Of a DNA stretch of 64,000 bases, positions 50,983-63,831 are shown in pieces (positions within the stretch are counted from its first letter, which is position 1; every line of letters starts with the position of its first letter). A program made the translations under genes and the position numbers. The DNA lies in NCBI RefSeq assembly GCF_902713615.1, contig NC_052164.1, forward strand, positions 97,363,575 through 97,427,574, read 5' to 3'. Below the pieces are notes generated by a model. It did no database searches. It was not told the DNA's origin and worked only from the letters and a program-made list of their open reading frames with translations. This DNA comes from Scyliorhinus canicula (lineage: Eukaryota).

Positions 50983-53184
50983 ATTAAATAGTGGTCAGCG
51001 AAAACAGAGGTGTGGGGTGGTGGGATGGGAAGGGGATTTCTATACTCTGTCTAGGGCTAGCGAGGGAAGGTTCTGCCATGTTCTTGCTATTGAGGTTGGC
51101 CTTGTGTGAACAACAGGGGATAATGGAATTGAGTTAAATGTGAAGCTCCACAATCACAGAGCCTGACAACACCCATTGGAGTAATTGTTTTGCAGACTCA
51201 GCTCCTGGCAATGAAACCTATGCGCTAAGGGGCACAAATGAGAATATTAGTCCCTGACACCATCATATCTCATTCTCAGCGCCCCTCAGCTCCCGGATCA
51301 GAGTCCCTGAGCTCATACCTCATTATATAGATTCACACATGAGAAATGGTTATACCAATTCAGATGAAGCAGAGTCTCCGTGTGAGTCACTGCCGTCAGT
51401 AGAGGAACAGGGCATTTTGGGGAGAAAAAAGACAGTTGATGTCACTGAAGGCAATACAGGGAAATCAGAGGTAAAGGTAAATCTAACCTTCTTTGAAGGA
51501 CAATTTGTCAAAGCAATCACTTTGTATCATTCACTTTGTGATGTGAAAAACCATCGATTTGTACTTAATGTTTCATACAAACCAAATAAAATTATTGACT
51601 GTCTTTTTCTGTAATAAACCAATAGCACTGGAATGAAATGGATACTAAAAGAATTGTGCTTGTCCAATCTGTAAAAAAAAAAATTCTGATTAACATAAAA
51701 GGTCTTGCCTGGATGAGTGTGGCTCCAACAACACTCTGAAAGTTGGACAGCATCCAGGACAAAGCAGCCCGCTTAGTTCTCACCTCATCCATCACCTTTA
51801 ACATTCACTCCCTCCATCACTGACGCACAGTGGCAGCCGTGTATACCATCTATAAGATGCACTGCTGCAACTCAGCAAGGTTCCTTCAACAGCACCTTGA
51901 GAACTGACAACATCTACCACATAGAAGGACAAGGGCAGCAGCTACAACGTCGCCTCCAAGTCACTCACCATCCTGACTTGGAAATACATCACCGTTCATT
52001 CACTGTCACTGGGTCAAAATCCTGGAATTCCCTTCCTAACAGCACTGTGGGTGTACCTACACCACATGGACTGCTGTGGTTTACAAAGGCAGCTCACCAC
52101 CACCTTCTCAAGGGCAATGAAGGGATGGGCAATAGATGCTGCCCTGGTCAGTGATGCCAACATCCCGTGAGCAAATGTGTGGTGTGGGGTGAGGGTGCAC
52201 TTTTACTCCCTCTGCTTGGTGGAAACTAATGGAGGTTAATCGCTGAGCGATGATTCGAATGTTTTGTTTTCACCTTGTCACAGTGTTGCCGAGAATGTAC
52301 GCAAGTACGCACAGTACTGAGGAGAACGTACGCAAATTAGGATTGTAATTGTCTCACTGAGTGGAAAGTTCCGATGGATCCTTCACTCGGTGACCAAGCT
52401 GGGGTTTGTCAGCCTGTTGAGTGGGGATGGGGCAGATGTCCAACTTGAGAGTTACCCAACTTGATAGGAAGGATGGCAAGCTGAGACTCAGAGGATCAAT
52501 AGATCGAACCGGGAAGCTGCAAACAGTTGGACAACATGGTAGCACAGTGATTAGCACTGTTGCTTCACAGTGCCGGGGTCCGCGGTTCAATCCCTGGCTT
52601 GGGTCACTGTCTGTGCGGAGTCTGCACGTTCTCGCTGTGTCTGCGTGGGTTTCCTGCGGGTGCTCCGGTTTACTCCCACAAGCCACGAAAGACGTGCTGT
52701 TAGGTCATTTGGGCATTCTGAACTCTCCCTTTCTGTACCGACAAATGCCGGAATGTGGTGACTAGGGGATTTTCACAGTAACTTCATTGCAGTGTTAATG
52801 TAAGCCTACTTGTGACAATAAAGATTATTATTCTTATAAACATGCTGATTTAAAATGCAGGCTGAGAATGGGGCTGGAATATCGAGGCTGCAGACAACGC
52901 CACATTGGTTGACATCTAAATGGTTGGAAATTGGCAGGGGATAAGGTATAACCTCCCCTGATTGTACAGTCCACAAATCTGGTGGTCAACCATCCCTCAA
53001 CCATGGCGTCCTCCATCCATTCACACCTGTACAGTCCCTTGAATCCCAACATGTTGAAGCTCAACATCCTATCGTCTGCAGCTACAATATCCCACAGACT
53101 GAATGATTCCATATTCTCACTAAATTGCACCTCCACCTTTCCACACGTGCGTTAAGTACAGGCACAAGTCTTATATTTAGTACA

Positions 53185-55658
53185 GCACTCGGAGTTCTGC
53201 TGGATCCCAGGATCCAGCTGGGTCCCAGCCTGATGCTTAGCCTGTGGCATTGGGTTACCTGGAGCTGATGGAGACGATAGGGAGCGGCTGGGACATTCAG
53301 AGAGAGAAGGCAGTTTCACTCCAACAGGTCCATAGCCGATTAGAGGAGTCCCAGAGGCTACGGGCACAGGAGATGGCGCTGGCAATGCATGGCACTGAGG
53401 CCAACACTGCTAAGGTGGCGACTGCGGTGGAGAGCTTGGTGCACAACGTCAGGGCCATTAGTGAAGGTGTCCAAGGCATCGCACAGTTGGTGATGGCCAT
53501 AGCTGAGTGTCTCGGCTGAATGTCTGCCTTGGCGGGGGATGCCATCCAGCACCAGGCCGACCTTGGTGAGTTTCTGCGGGTCACGTCCCGCTCTCAGGTG
53601 GGCATGGCCGAGGCGCTGCGGTGCTTCTCCCAGTCTCAGATGGGGATTGCTGAGGCGCTGCAGAGCATGTCTCAGTCACAGACGACCATCACCGAGGGTG
53701 TTGGCACGATGGTGCGGATCATGGGGATCCGCCAGGGCTGGCTAAGCCAGACGATACAGGGGCAGCTGGAGCTCGAACCAGCTGCCCCTCCACCTCCAGG
53801 GGGTACTGACCGGGAAGAGAGGTGGCGCTGGGTGCCAACCTGGACCCGCCCCAGGAGTTTTGACGTTGGCCTCCAGCTCCCCCGGGTTCCACCCCTCTGA
53901 TGAGGCCGCGCTTTGGACTCAGCACACGGGACAGAGTGGCACGACTGTGCATGTGCGTCGACAAGTGAGCTGGGGCCGGTCCCAGAGCTGCCAGAGGATA
54001 CCCGCCAGGGGCATTGAAGGCCGCAGGACAAGTTAAGCAGCTGGCACCCTCCACTGCTGCTGTGCGTCCTGGGGAAACACCTAGACATAGTGGTGGAGCT
54101 GGGAGGACCTGATACAGCGCAGATCACTTAGAGCACTGGGGGAGAGGGGGTGGGCTCGGGGGATAGGTAGGTGGTGAGAGGGGTGTCGAGGGAGGCGGTT
54201 GGCAGGGTGGGTGGGGGTGGGCGACACCATCGGGAGAGTAGGGTCTGGTATAAAACATGAAACAACCTTGGGCACAACCAGTAGGAAGCCTCTGTCACTT
54301 CCCTTCCGCAATGCACATGCAGGTGATGGGTGTGAGCGAGCACTCAGCAGACAGGCAGGGGTCAGACTGTAGCATAGATTGAGGAGCACCAGCGCTCAGC
54401 CCTCTGCAGGTTACCATCACCCTCCTGCCCTCGACAGTGGCCTTCTGATGCGGCCGACACCGTCCCAGCCCCTCTGGAGTGAGGTGACATCTACCCTGGG
54501 GGAGTGGGAAATGGGGGTGGCGGGATGGGTCAGGTAGCGATGATGGACCAGGCGCTGCCTCCTCGTGCTCAACCTCCTCGTGCTCGTCCTTATCCTCTTC
54601 AGAGGTGGCCACATGTTCAGCATTACCAACCTCCGGCACGTCGCCCCGCTGTTGTGCCAGGTCGTGCAGACCACAACAAAGTGGACGACCCTCCACGCGG
54701 TGTACCGCAGGGCACCGCCGGGGCGGTCAAGGCATCGGAACCGCATCTTGAGGAGTCTGATGCACCGCTCGGTGACAGTCCGGCTGGCTGATTGGGTCTT
54801 GTTGTAGCGGGTCTCCGCTTCGGTCTCCGGCCTCTGTCTTGGCCTCAATAGCCAGGTCCTCAGCAGATACCCCTTATCCCCCAAGAGCCAGCTGCCTACC
54901 CTGGCGTGCCCCTCAAAGAGGGAAGGGATGTCTGACCTCCCCAGGATTTAACTGTCGTGCACACGCCCCGGGAAGCGTGCACACACCTGCATTATCTTCA
55001 TCTGGTGGTCGCACACGAGCTGTAAGCTGAGGGAGTGGAACCTCTTTCAGTTAACATGGGGCACCTCCATATGACCCGGTGAGCACAGGGCAACATGCGT
55101 GGAATCTATTACCCCCTGGACCTGGGCCATCCCAGCGATGATGGACGAACCTACTGTCCGGGCATCTTGCTGGGCTTAGTCCATGTCAAAGATGATGTAG
55201 TCTTCCACCCGGGCATACAGAGCATCCGTTACCTTTCGGCGGGTTGTGGCCTGTGAGATACTACACAGGTCCCCGCTTGAGCCCTGGGATAATCCCGTGG
55301 CATAAACGTTCAGGGCTGCGGTAGCCGTGGCCTGCCACAGGGGGTGGGTGTCCACCTCCTCCACGTGGTGCCAAGTCCGCAAGGACATGGGACAGGTGTT
55401 GCACCATTTCCTATTGAGGCGGAGCCTCCTGCGGCACGCGCTGTCCGTCATCTGTTTGTATGAACAGCAGCCCCTGTACACCCTTGGCCATCATGGGACT
55501 CCCCCCTCCGGGCCCCTCCTTGACCTGATGGGCGGCCGGGTCCTCAGGGTGTGGGGCAGGGTACGGCACATGGGCCGCTGCCTTGAGCATCTGCTGCCGC
55601 TGCTACCGCCATCTCCGTCATCTGTCCGCATCGCGTAGCCCCAACACCACTAGGGCTA
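53185..55658 (-). mobile_element. Degenerate PIF/Harbinger DNA transposon: transposase on the - strand, fragments of a convergent second ORF on the + strand
   Basis: GDKGYLLRTWLLRP...PETEAETRYN...ERCIRLLKMRFRCLD (54417-54884) and ALNVYATGLSQGSSGDLCSISQAT (55176-55481) are HARBI1-like. Heptad-like + strand ORFs lie at 53244-53900. Boundaries approximate. Confidence 0.8.
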
Positions 55659-56985
55659 TGTTGTGAAAACTCGGAAGGATATGACATTTGAAACATGAAA
55701 GTAACACTGAGAATGCCTGAGGCTTTTTAAATGAAAGGGAGAAGTCCCACAAGGGGTTAACAGCAGCAGCCTGTTTTGAAAGCAGACAACTTCACAGACA
55801 GGGAAGAAAACAGATAGGAGCTTCATTTTAATTTACAAGTTAGAAAAGTCATTTGTTTGACTTAAACTCTTAAAGTTATATGGAAGGGAACAGTATTTCA
55901 CTAATCTTTAAGCAATGAATTATTTTTGAACAATTAAGAAAAGCAGCCAGAATCTAAAGTATAAGATAAGGAACAACTGTTAAGTGTGAAAAGTTGCTGA
56001 CACTGGTAATAAAGTGAAACAACTGATTTACAAATTAAGAAAACGAGAAGGTGACAAAGTTACACTATAACGTCTATCATTTTTGAAGTTAAAACCTTTT
56101 AGAAGATGGCCAAGGCAGATAAAGTTAGAGACAAGAGGGGATAACCCTAACATGACAGTAGCTTAACCCAAAGATGACCCGGGTTGAATCTGAGAAAACC
56201 CATTAAAAAGGACATAAATCCAAAAGGGTGCTGTCTAAGACACAGACAAATTAATTGCATGTTAAGCAAAGCGAGAAAGTTCCAGTCAGGAATGGAGAGC
56301 TGGTGAGGATGAAGCTGCACTGTCGCTGTTAAAGTAGCGCCACGCTTCTAAACCGATAAAACTTAGCTTTCAAACGGTCAAGCAGGCAGTCTGAAGGGTG
56401 TCAGGTGCACAGGTTAAGGGGCCCCAAATTGCTATAGAAACTGGGGAAAATGAGCAGATAATCAGAATCTTCCTCGGTGATGGGACAAGCAACATCGACA
56501 GACCGAGCAGCCCAGAGAAGCGAGCAGGAAACCAAAAGTTAAAGAAAACTGATTGTCAAGAGAGACGTGAAAGTCTGCAACTGGTCCGAACAAGAAAAGA
56601 TCTTTTTACCTTTCTGTAAAAGTACTTATTCTCTTTTGACTTGAACATAAAGTTAAGTTCAAATTGATAACGTGAAAGAGTGGTCATTATAATTTTCTTT
56701 AGAAAGTTTACTTTACTTCACTTAGCAAGCCGGACCCGTGTGTAAGTTACTAAGTGCTAAGTAAATAAAATTCTTCTATGAACATACAGGTTATGCCGGG
56801 GAATAACTTGAAACACTAGTTTTACCCGAATAGCACCCGCCGAAGTCTGCGTAGGAGTTAGGGAGTGAGAATCCCTGCTCACCATCTAGAATAAATTGAC
56901 CCTTTTTGGTCTGGGGGAATTGTAAGAATAGTGGTGGTGTCAATATCTGTAAGGCATTGGGAGAAGGTGTTAGACTAACAAACAG
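55659..56985. repeat. AT-rich LTR-like or unclassified segment, duplicated at 44869-45991
   Basis: Begins TGTTGTGAAAAC right after the Harbinger remnant. A near-identical ~1.1 kb copy lies 10.8 kb upstream. Confidence 0.45.
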
Positions 56986-57518
56986 TGTTGGCTCCCACCC
57001 CGGGCACCTCCCCCAATCACCCCCCCCCCCCCCCCCCCCCCCCCCGGCCCCCCCACTCCCAACACTAGACGCGGGTCTAGATTTTGGCTTCCCGCTATTC
57101 AGCAGCCTCGTTCCGTTTGAGCGAGATTGCTATGAGGCCGGAGAATCGCGCCCATTATGTTGGAGCTGTTTATTACAACTATACCAGTCTGTTGTGGACA
57201 ATGTCTGGCCAAAGGATCAGGGATCAGTGTTGCCATCATTGGCTCTTTAATCCCAATTTCTGATTATTTTATTGGTCAAATACAAATAAAAAAACATTTC
57301 AGTCAATGAAAAGAAAAAAGAATGCTGACAAAGTGAAGGACAGAGAGTACTGGCATATCTCCCCTATCTGTCGGATTGCTGGCAGGAAGTGGGGGGTTTC
57401 TGTAAAATTTATTAAACTTGTTAAAACATGTGAAGGGTGCGGAACTTGCTTTGCATCTCCACCATTCAACCGTACCTCAAGGATGTTATCGACTACGTAA
57501 CGGTCTTTTGGAGGAATT

Positions 57519-57598
57519 GAAACTGAAACTTTGAACATTAGGTTATAAAGTCCAGATGTGTGCATATCTCACTGCAGTGTCACAGATCGAGGGGAGAG
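57519..57598 (+). promoter_or_regulatory. ISRE-TATA promoter and non-coding exon 1 of the 60765 gene
   Basis: GAAACTGAAACT at 57519-57530, TATAAAG at 57544-57550, Inr A at 57571, donor GAG|GTGAGT at 57598/57599. Confidence 0.75.
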
Positions 57599-60500
57599 GT
57601 GAGTGCGTGAACTCCCTACATTTCAGTTCCTGATAAACTATGAAAGAACTAAAAGGGAGATATAGAAAACAGTTTTTCCTGCAGTGAGTGCTGTGCCAGA
57701 AAGAACGGTGAAAGCAGATTTAATAACTTTCAAAAGGAAATTATTAAATATTTGAAATGCAAAAGAGTGCAGCACTGTGAGGAAAAAGAAGGGAGTGGCA
57801 TTGATTGGATCGTTCGTTCAAAGCCTGTTTCTGTGCTGTTAATTCTAAGATTTACTGATAGTGTTGTTGTATAATGCAATCGACCCCATCTGGAATAGTG
57901 TGTGGTGTTTTGTTAACTTGATAATATCGAGAGAAGAGCAACAAAGGGAATTATGTCCCCTGGGATTAAAACAGCTAAGAAAGTTACCCATCTTTGTGCT
58001 GAGAGAATTGAAGTCTTCAATTCATGAAACGGTGTGAGGAGTTTCTGTAGCTCAATTGTCCCGCATGGTGAAGGATTATGAATTTAAAATGAGGAAGTTC
58101 AGAGGAACTGTGAGATATCACGGAGGTGCAGTGGTTAGCACTGTTGCCTCACAACGCAAGGACCCGGGTTTGATTCCGGCCTTGGGTGATTGTCTGTGTG
58201 GCGTTTGCACGTTCTCTCCGTGTGTGCATGGATTTCCTCCGGGTGCTCCGGTTTCGTTCCACAGTTCAAAGGTGGGTACGTGAGGTGGATTGGCCATGAT
58301 AAAATGACCCTTAGTGTCCAGGGATGCGCAGGTTAGGTTATGGAGTTACGGGGATAAGGAGGGGTGGATAGGCGTGTGGACATGGGTCGGTGTTAACTTG
58401 ATGAGTGAATAACTTCCGTCTGAACTATCGAGATTCTATATCAGTCTTTCAGACTAACGATGGTCATTGTGAGATTAGTTACCAGGGAAGGCACTGAATG
58501 TAAGAGAGAGAAGTGACTCAGAGATATGGTTAAAAAGTTGATAGCTGGGTTTAATCCCTGAGAAAACATTTATTTATTGGGGGTGGTGTCTTTATTTCTC
58601 TCCTCTAGATCACAGTTTAAATACAGCCAATGTTCTTTCAATTGTTTTTGTGGTTTATTTATTGCATCAGGTGGTGGGCTGAGCATTTATGCATCTCTGG
58701 GATGTTGCATACCTGTTGGGTCCACTGCAAAGTACATTTCGGATTGCTGTGCGCACACATGGTTTAGAGGGAACATTGTTCATAGTATTGAACTCAGTTT
58801 CCTGTTCGAAATATTATGGAGGTTAAATTTTATACTTGTACATTTTGAAGTTATGTTGTGCTATACTTCACAGCGCCAGGATCCCAGGTTCAATTCCCGG
58901 CTTGGGTCACTATCTGTGCGGAGTCTATATGTTCTCCCCGTGTCTGCGTAGGTTTCCTCCGGGCACTCCGGTTTCCTTCCACAAGTCCCAAAAGACGCGT
59001 TTGTTTGGTGAATTGGACATTCTGAATTCTTCCACTGTGCACCCGAATGTGGCGACTCGGGGCTTTTCACAGTAACTTCACTGCATTGTTAATGTAAGCC
59101 TACTTGTGACAATAATAAAGATTATTCTTATTATTATGGCAGTTGCTATTAAACTTTCCGTGATATGGTTTTTGCATTTCCTAATTTTACATTCCCGTTC
59201 GAATAGGGACGAGTATGAAGTTGGCTGTGCAATGAGTGCAACATCTTACAAACTTGGTGTAATCGTTATTAAGGACAAGTGTTGTGAGGCAAGCTAGACT
59301 TCAAAGGCAGCTAAACTGTAAATCATAGTGAGTCACCACTTGCAAATATGTCGGAACTTTCCACGGGTGGGATTTTACGCTCCCGCTGAAGTCATTGGAG
59401 GCTGGAATTCTCCGGCTGTTGGGATTCTCTGTTCCCGCCACTCACGGGGATAAGTGGCGGGAAGAGAGGATCCCGCCGTTACTGAACGGTGGACCTCTGA
59501 GAATAGTGACTTAATCAGTGATTAACAATTGGAATATCAAGCTTCAAAACTGCATATTCTGAGAAATTTCTCCTCTTTATTACAAAGACAACTTAAACAT
59601 ATTCTTCTGCAGAGGAAAGACTGAAATCGCGTGTCATAGTTAAATGAAATATATTAATTTATGTCAGCCTTTCACAACAGCTGGACCTGTCAAAGTACTT
59701 TCCAGTTAATTAAGTACTTTTGAAATGTAGTCACTGTTAAAATATACAAAATGTGGCTGCCAATTTGCGTGTAGCAAACTCCAGCAAGGTAACAACCACC
59801 TGATAACCTGTTTCTGTGATGTTGGTTGAGTGATAAATATTGCTGCTGATGGTCGGGAATGTATCACGATGCCTCGAACAGCTTCTTAATGCTGTCGATC
59901 ATTTCCTTTATTTCCCTCCAATTTTGTTTAATCCAAGGGTGCTGGCAGCCCTCACCCTAATCCCCTGCGTGCTCATTCTTTATATGTGAGCTATAGCGGC
60001 GAGTGCCAGGTAGGATATTCTGCTACTGGGGCCTCACAATTAAACCGAATCCTGTCTTTACTCGATATTCATGCCAGGAAGTGCTTTTCAGCAAGTGATC
60101 AAAAGCAGAGATTGCAAGAGATCAGAGGTTATAGGGAGAAGGCAGGAGAATGGGGATGAGAAAATATCAGCCACAATTGAATGGCAGGGCAGACTTATCA
60201 TAGAATTTACAGTGCAGAAGGAGGCCATTCGTTGATGGGCCAACTGACCTAATTCTGCTCCTATCTCTTCTGGTCTTACTGTTTCACCCTAATTGTTAGA
60301 GATGAGCAAAAATAAGAGTAGCATCCACCCGATGCAGTTAAGTTTCTTAATTCAGCACAATTTTGGGATCAAAACCAGGGGCTGGTTTAACACCGTGGGC
60401 TAAACAGCTGGCTTGTAATGCAGAACAAGGCCAGCAGCGCAGCTTCAATTCCTGTACCAGCCTCCCCGAACAGGTGCCAAAATGTGGTGAGTAGGGGCTT

Positions 60501-60764
60501 TTCATAGTAATTTCATTGAAGCCTCATGTGAGGATAAGTGATTATTATTATTAATTTTATTATTATTAAATCCACGCTCTATGTCTGTGCATTTTTAAGT
60601 GTAAGTGTCATTGGAGGAGTTCACCAGTGAGCACTAATAGCATCAGGGAAATGTACAGCAATGTCAAATTGTGGAAAATTCAATACAGAATTAAAAATGT
60701 ATTTTCTGCATTTAAGTTTTCTTTCCTTTGTTAAAGGTTAAGTTGACAAGTTGACCGGATTACC

Positions 60765-61259
60765 ATGGCTGATTACAGAGATATGTGGGCTGAAGAGGAT
60801 GGGCCTTGTTTTGTTCCACCAAAGCTTCAAAGCTATATAGCACCAGAGAATGGCAGGATCTATGTGATGTACCATGGAACCTCTGCCAGTAATGTCGATT
60901 CCATTCTCAAAAATGGTCTCCAACGATCCAAGGATGGCATGCTGGGCCCTGGAGTCTATGTCAGTAGAGACATTAGGAAAGCCAGCAGATATCCAATGGA
61001 GCTGTATGACAATCAGAAGGCTGTGCTTAAGTTAAGGGTGAATGTGGGAAAAGTCATAAAGATTGATTATCAAGGACACCCATATCAGAAGACATGGCGT
61101 CGTCATGGCTTCGACACTGCCTGGTGTCCTCCCAATTGCGGGATGGTACCAAGTGGGCTGGAGGAAGATTGTGTCTCAAATCCTACCAGAATAAAAGTTG
61201 TTGATGTCCTTCCCCCAAAAGCTTGGGGGGACCCCTGGGCCTACCCTGATGAGTACTGA
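60765..61259 (+). CDS. gig2: Gig2-like protein, short type (164 aa), intact
   Basis: Same motifs as the 38938 gene. Acceptor AG at 60735-60736, AATAAA at 61862-61867. Confidence 0.9.
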   Translation: MADYRDMWAEEDGPCFVPPKLQSYIAPENGRIYVMYHGTSASNVDSILKNGLQRSKDGMLGPGVYVSRDIRKASRYPMELYDNQKAVLKLRVNVGKVIKIDYQGHPYQKTWRRHGFDTAWCPPNCGMVPSGLEEDCVSNPTRIKVVDVLPPKAWGDPWAYPDEY

Positions 61260-63526
61260 ATTAAATAGTGGTCAGCGAAAACAGAGGTGTGGGGTGGTGG
61301 GATGGGCTGGGGTTTTCTACAATTATACTCTGTCTTGGGCTAGGGAGGGAAGGTTCTACCATGTTCTTGATATTGAGGTTGGCCTTGTGTGAACAACAGG
61401 GGATAATGGGATTGAGTTAAATGTGAAGCTCCACAATCACAGAGCCTGACAACACCCATTGGAGTAATTGTTTTGCAGACTCAGCTCCTGGCAATGAAAC
61501 CGACGCGCCAAGGGGCACAAATGAGAATATTAGTCCCTGACACCATCATATCTCATTCTCAGTGCCCCTCAGCTCCCGGATCAGAGTCTCTAAGCTCATA
61601 CCTCATTGTATAGATTCACACATGGGAAATGGTTATACCAACAGAGATGAAGCAGAGTCTCAGTGTGAGTCACTGCCGTCAGTAGAGGAACAGGGCATTT
61701 TGGGGAGAAAAAAGACAGTTGGTGTCACTAAAGGCATTGCAGGGAAATCAGAGGTAAAGGTAAATCTAACCTTCTTTGAAGGACAATTTGTCAAAGCAAT
61801 CACCTTGTATCATTCACTTTGTGAAGTGAAAAACCATTGATTTGTACTTTTATACAAACCAAATAAAATTATTGACTGACCTTTTCCGTATTAAACCAAT
61901 AGTAATGGAACGAAATGGATACTAAAAGGATTGTGCTTGTCCAATCTGGGAAAAAATTATTCTGCTTAATGTAAAATCCTTGCCTGGATGAGTGTGGCTC
62001 CAATAACATTCAAGAAGTCGGACTGCATCCAGGACAAAGCAGCCCGCTTGGTTCTCACCTCATCCATTACCTTTAACATTCACTCCCTCCATCACTGACG
62101 CACAGTGGCAGCCGTGTATACCATCTATAAGATGCACTGCTGCAACTCAGCAAGGTTCCTTCAACAGCACCTTCAGAACTGACAACATCTACCACATAGA
62201 AGGATAGGGGCAGCAGCTACAAATTCTTCTCCAAGTCACTCACCATCCTGACTTGAAAATGCATCACCGTTCATTCACTGTCACTGGGTCAAAATCCTGG
62301 AATTCCCTTCCTAACAGCACTGTGGCTGTACCTACACCACATGGACTGCTGTGGTTTATGAAGGCAGCTCACCACCACCTTCTCAAGGGCAATGATGGGA
62401 TTGGCAATAAAGGCTACCCTGGTCAGTGATGCCAACATCCCGTGAGAAAATGTGTGGTGTGGGGTGAGGGTGCACTTTCACTCCCTCTGCTTGGTGGAAC
62501 CTAATGGAGGTTAATTGCCAAGTGATGACCCTATTGCTTTCATAGAATCATAGAATTTACAGTGCAGAAGGAAGCCATTTGGTCCATCGAGTCTGCACCG
62601 GCCCTTGGAAAGAGCACCCCACTTAAACCCACACCTCCACCCATAACCCAGTAACACCACCTGACGTTCTTGGAGACCAAGGGCAATTTAACATGGCCAA
62701 TCCACCTAACCTGTACATCTTTGGACTGTGGGAAGAATCCGGAGCACCCGGAGGAAACCCACGCAGACACGGGGAGAATGTGCAGACTCCGCACAGACAG
62801 TGACCCAAGCCGGGAATCGAACCTGGGCCCCTAGAGCTGTGAAGCAACGGTGCTCACTATTCTACTACTGTGCCACCCTTTGTTTTGGCATTGTTACAGT
62901 ATCGATGCCACTGAGGAGAATGTACGCAAATTGGTATGGTAATTGTCTCACTGAGAGGAAAGTTCCGATGGATCCTTCACTCGGTGACCAAGCTGGGGTT
63001 TGTCAGCCTGTTGAGTGGGGATAGGGCAGTTGTCCAATTTGAGATTTAGCCAATTTGACAGGAAGGAGGACAAGCTGGGAATCAGAGTATCAATAGACTG
63101 AGCCGCGAAACATCAAACATGCTGACTTAAAATGGAGACTGAAAATGGGAGTGGAAAGTTGAGGCCGAAGATGAAGCCACATTGGTTGACATCTAAATGT
63201 TTGGAAATTTGCAAGGGACAAGGCATAACCTCCCCTGACACCTTTGAACTCCCCTCCCCTGCCATTGATTCCATCACTAGATCTGTCACCCAACAGAGGC
63301 ACCAAAGGCTAAGTTCAAAGGTTACATTTGTGGGGTCAGGAGCCTCAGGACATTCCCTTGGCCCACACAAAGTACGCTTGTGCAGCCTGCGCCCCATTCA
63401 CCTGCCTCCCCAACCTCACAGTGACTTACCCGATTGCCCAACCACATGGCCACTTACTCTGCTTGCTGATCTGACGTGACCTGAACCCCAGTTTCCTGTC
63501 TGTCCCTCCATAACCCTCGACCACTC

Positions 63527-63831
63527 TGATGTGACCATCAATTCACACAACACGTTGTTGGAAGTGAACAGTGGTTTTAATGATGTTACAACGGAGCCTG
63601 CCTGCGACGAGATGAACTGTCAGGCTGGCTCAGACTGCCAGGCTTTATACTTCCGGTTAGTGGGAGGAGCCATGGGCGGGGCCATGGGCGGAGCCAAGGG
63701 TGAAGCCCAGTACAAACTCCTCATCTCCCCCTATGGGCAGAGCCGCGCAACTGCTTGTATACCAAGCTTACACAGACACAGTACATCATAGATAATAACA
63801 GTGTGAATTACACAGACTGTGATTCACCACA
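63527..63831 (-). mobile_element. Solo LTR (305 bp), same family as 36612-36919
   Basis: TG...CA termini, 5-bp TSD CACTC, shared ends tgat..accatcaattcac and attcaccaca. Confidence 0.8.

Larger units (their letters stand above)
23570..63240 (+). repeat. Tandem segmental-duplication array of short-type Gig2 units (complete units ~10-12 kb, plus partial units)
   Basis: Intron, 3' UTR and spacer blocks recur. For example caaccatccctcaaccatgg occurs near 23575, 33000, 41420 and 52990, and gacttcaaaggcagctaaactg near 25080, 36550, 44275, 49020 and 59300. Confidence 0.9.

Noticed and set aside
54417-54884. Domesticated HARBI1 gene
   Set aside because: Frameshifts and stops across the transposase indicate a decayed transposon.
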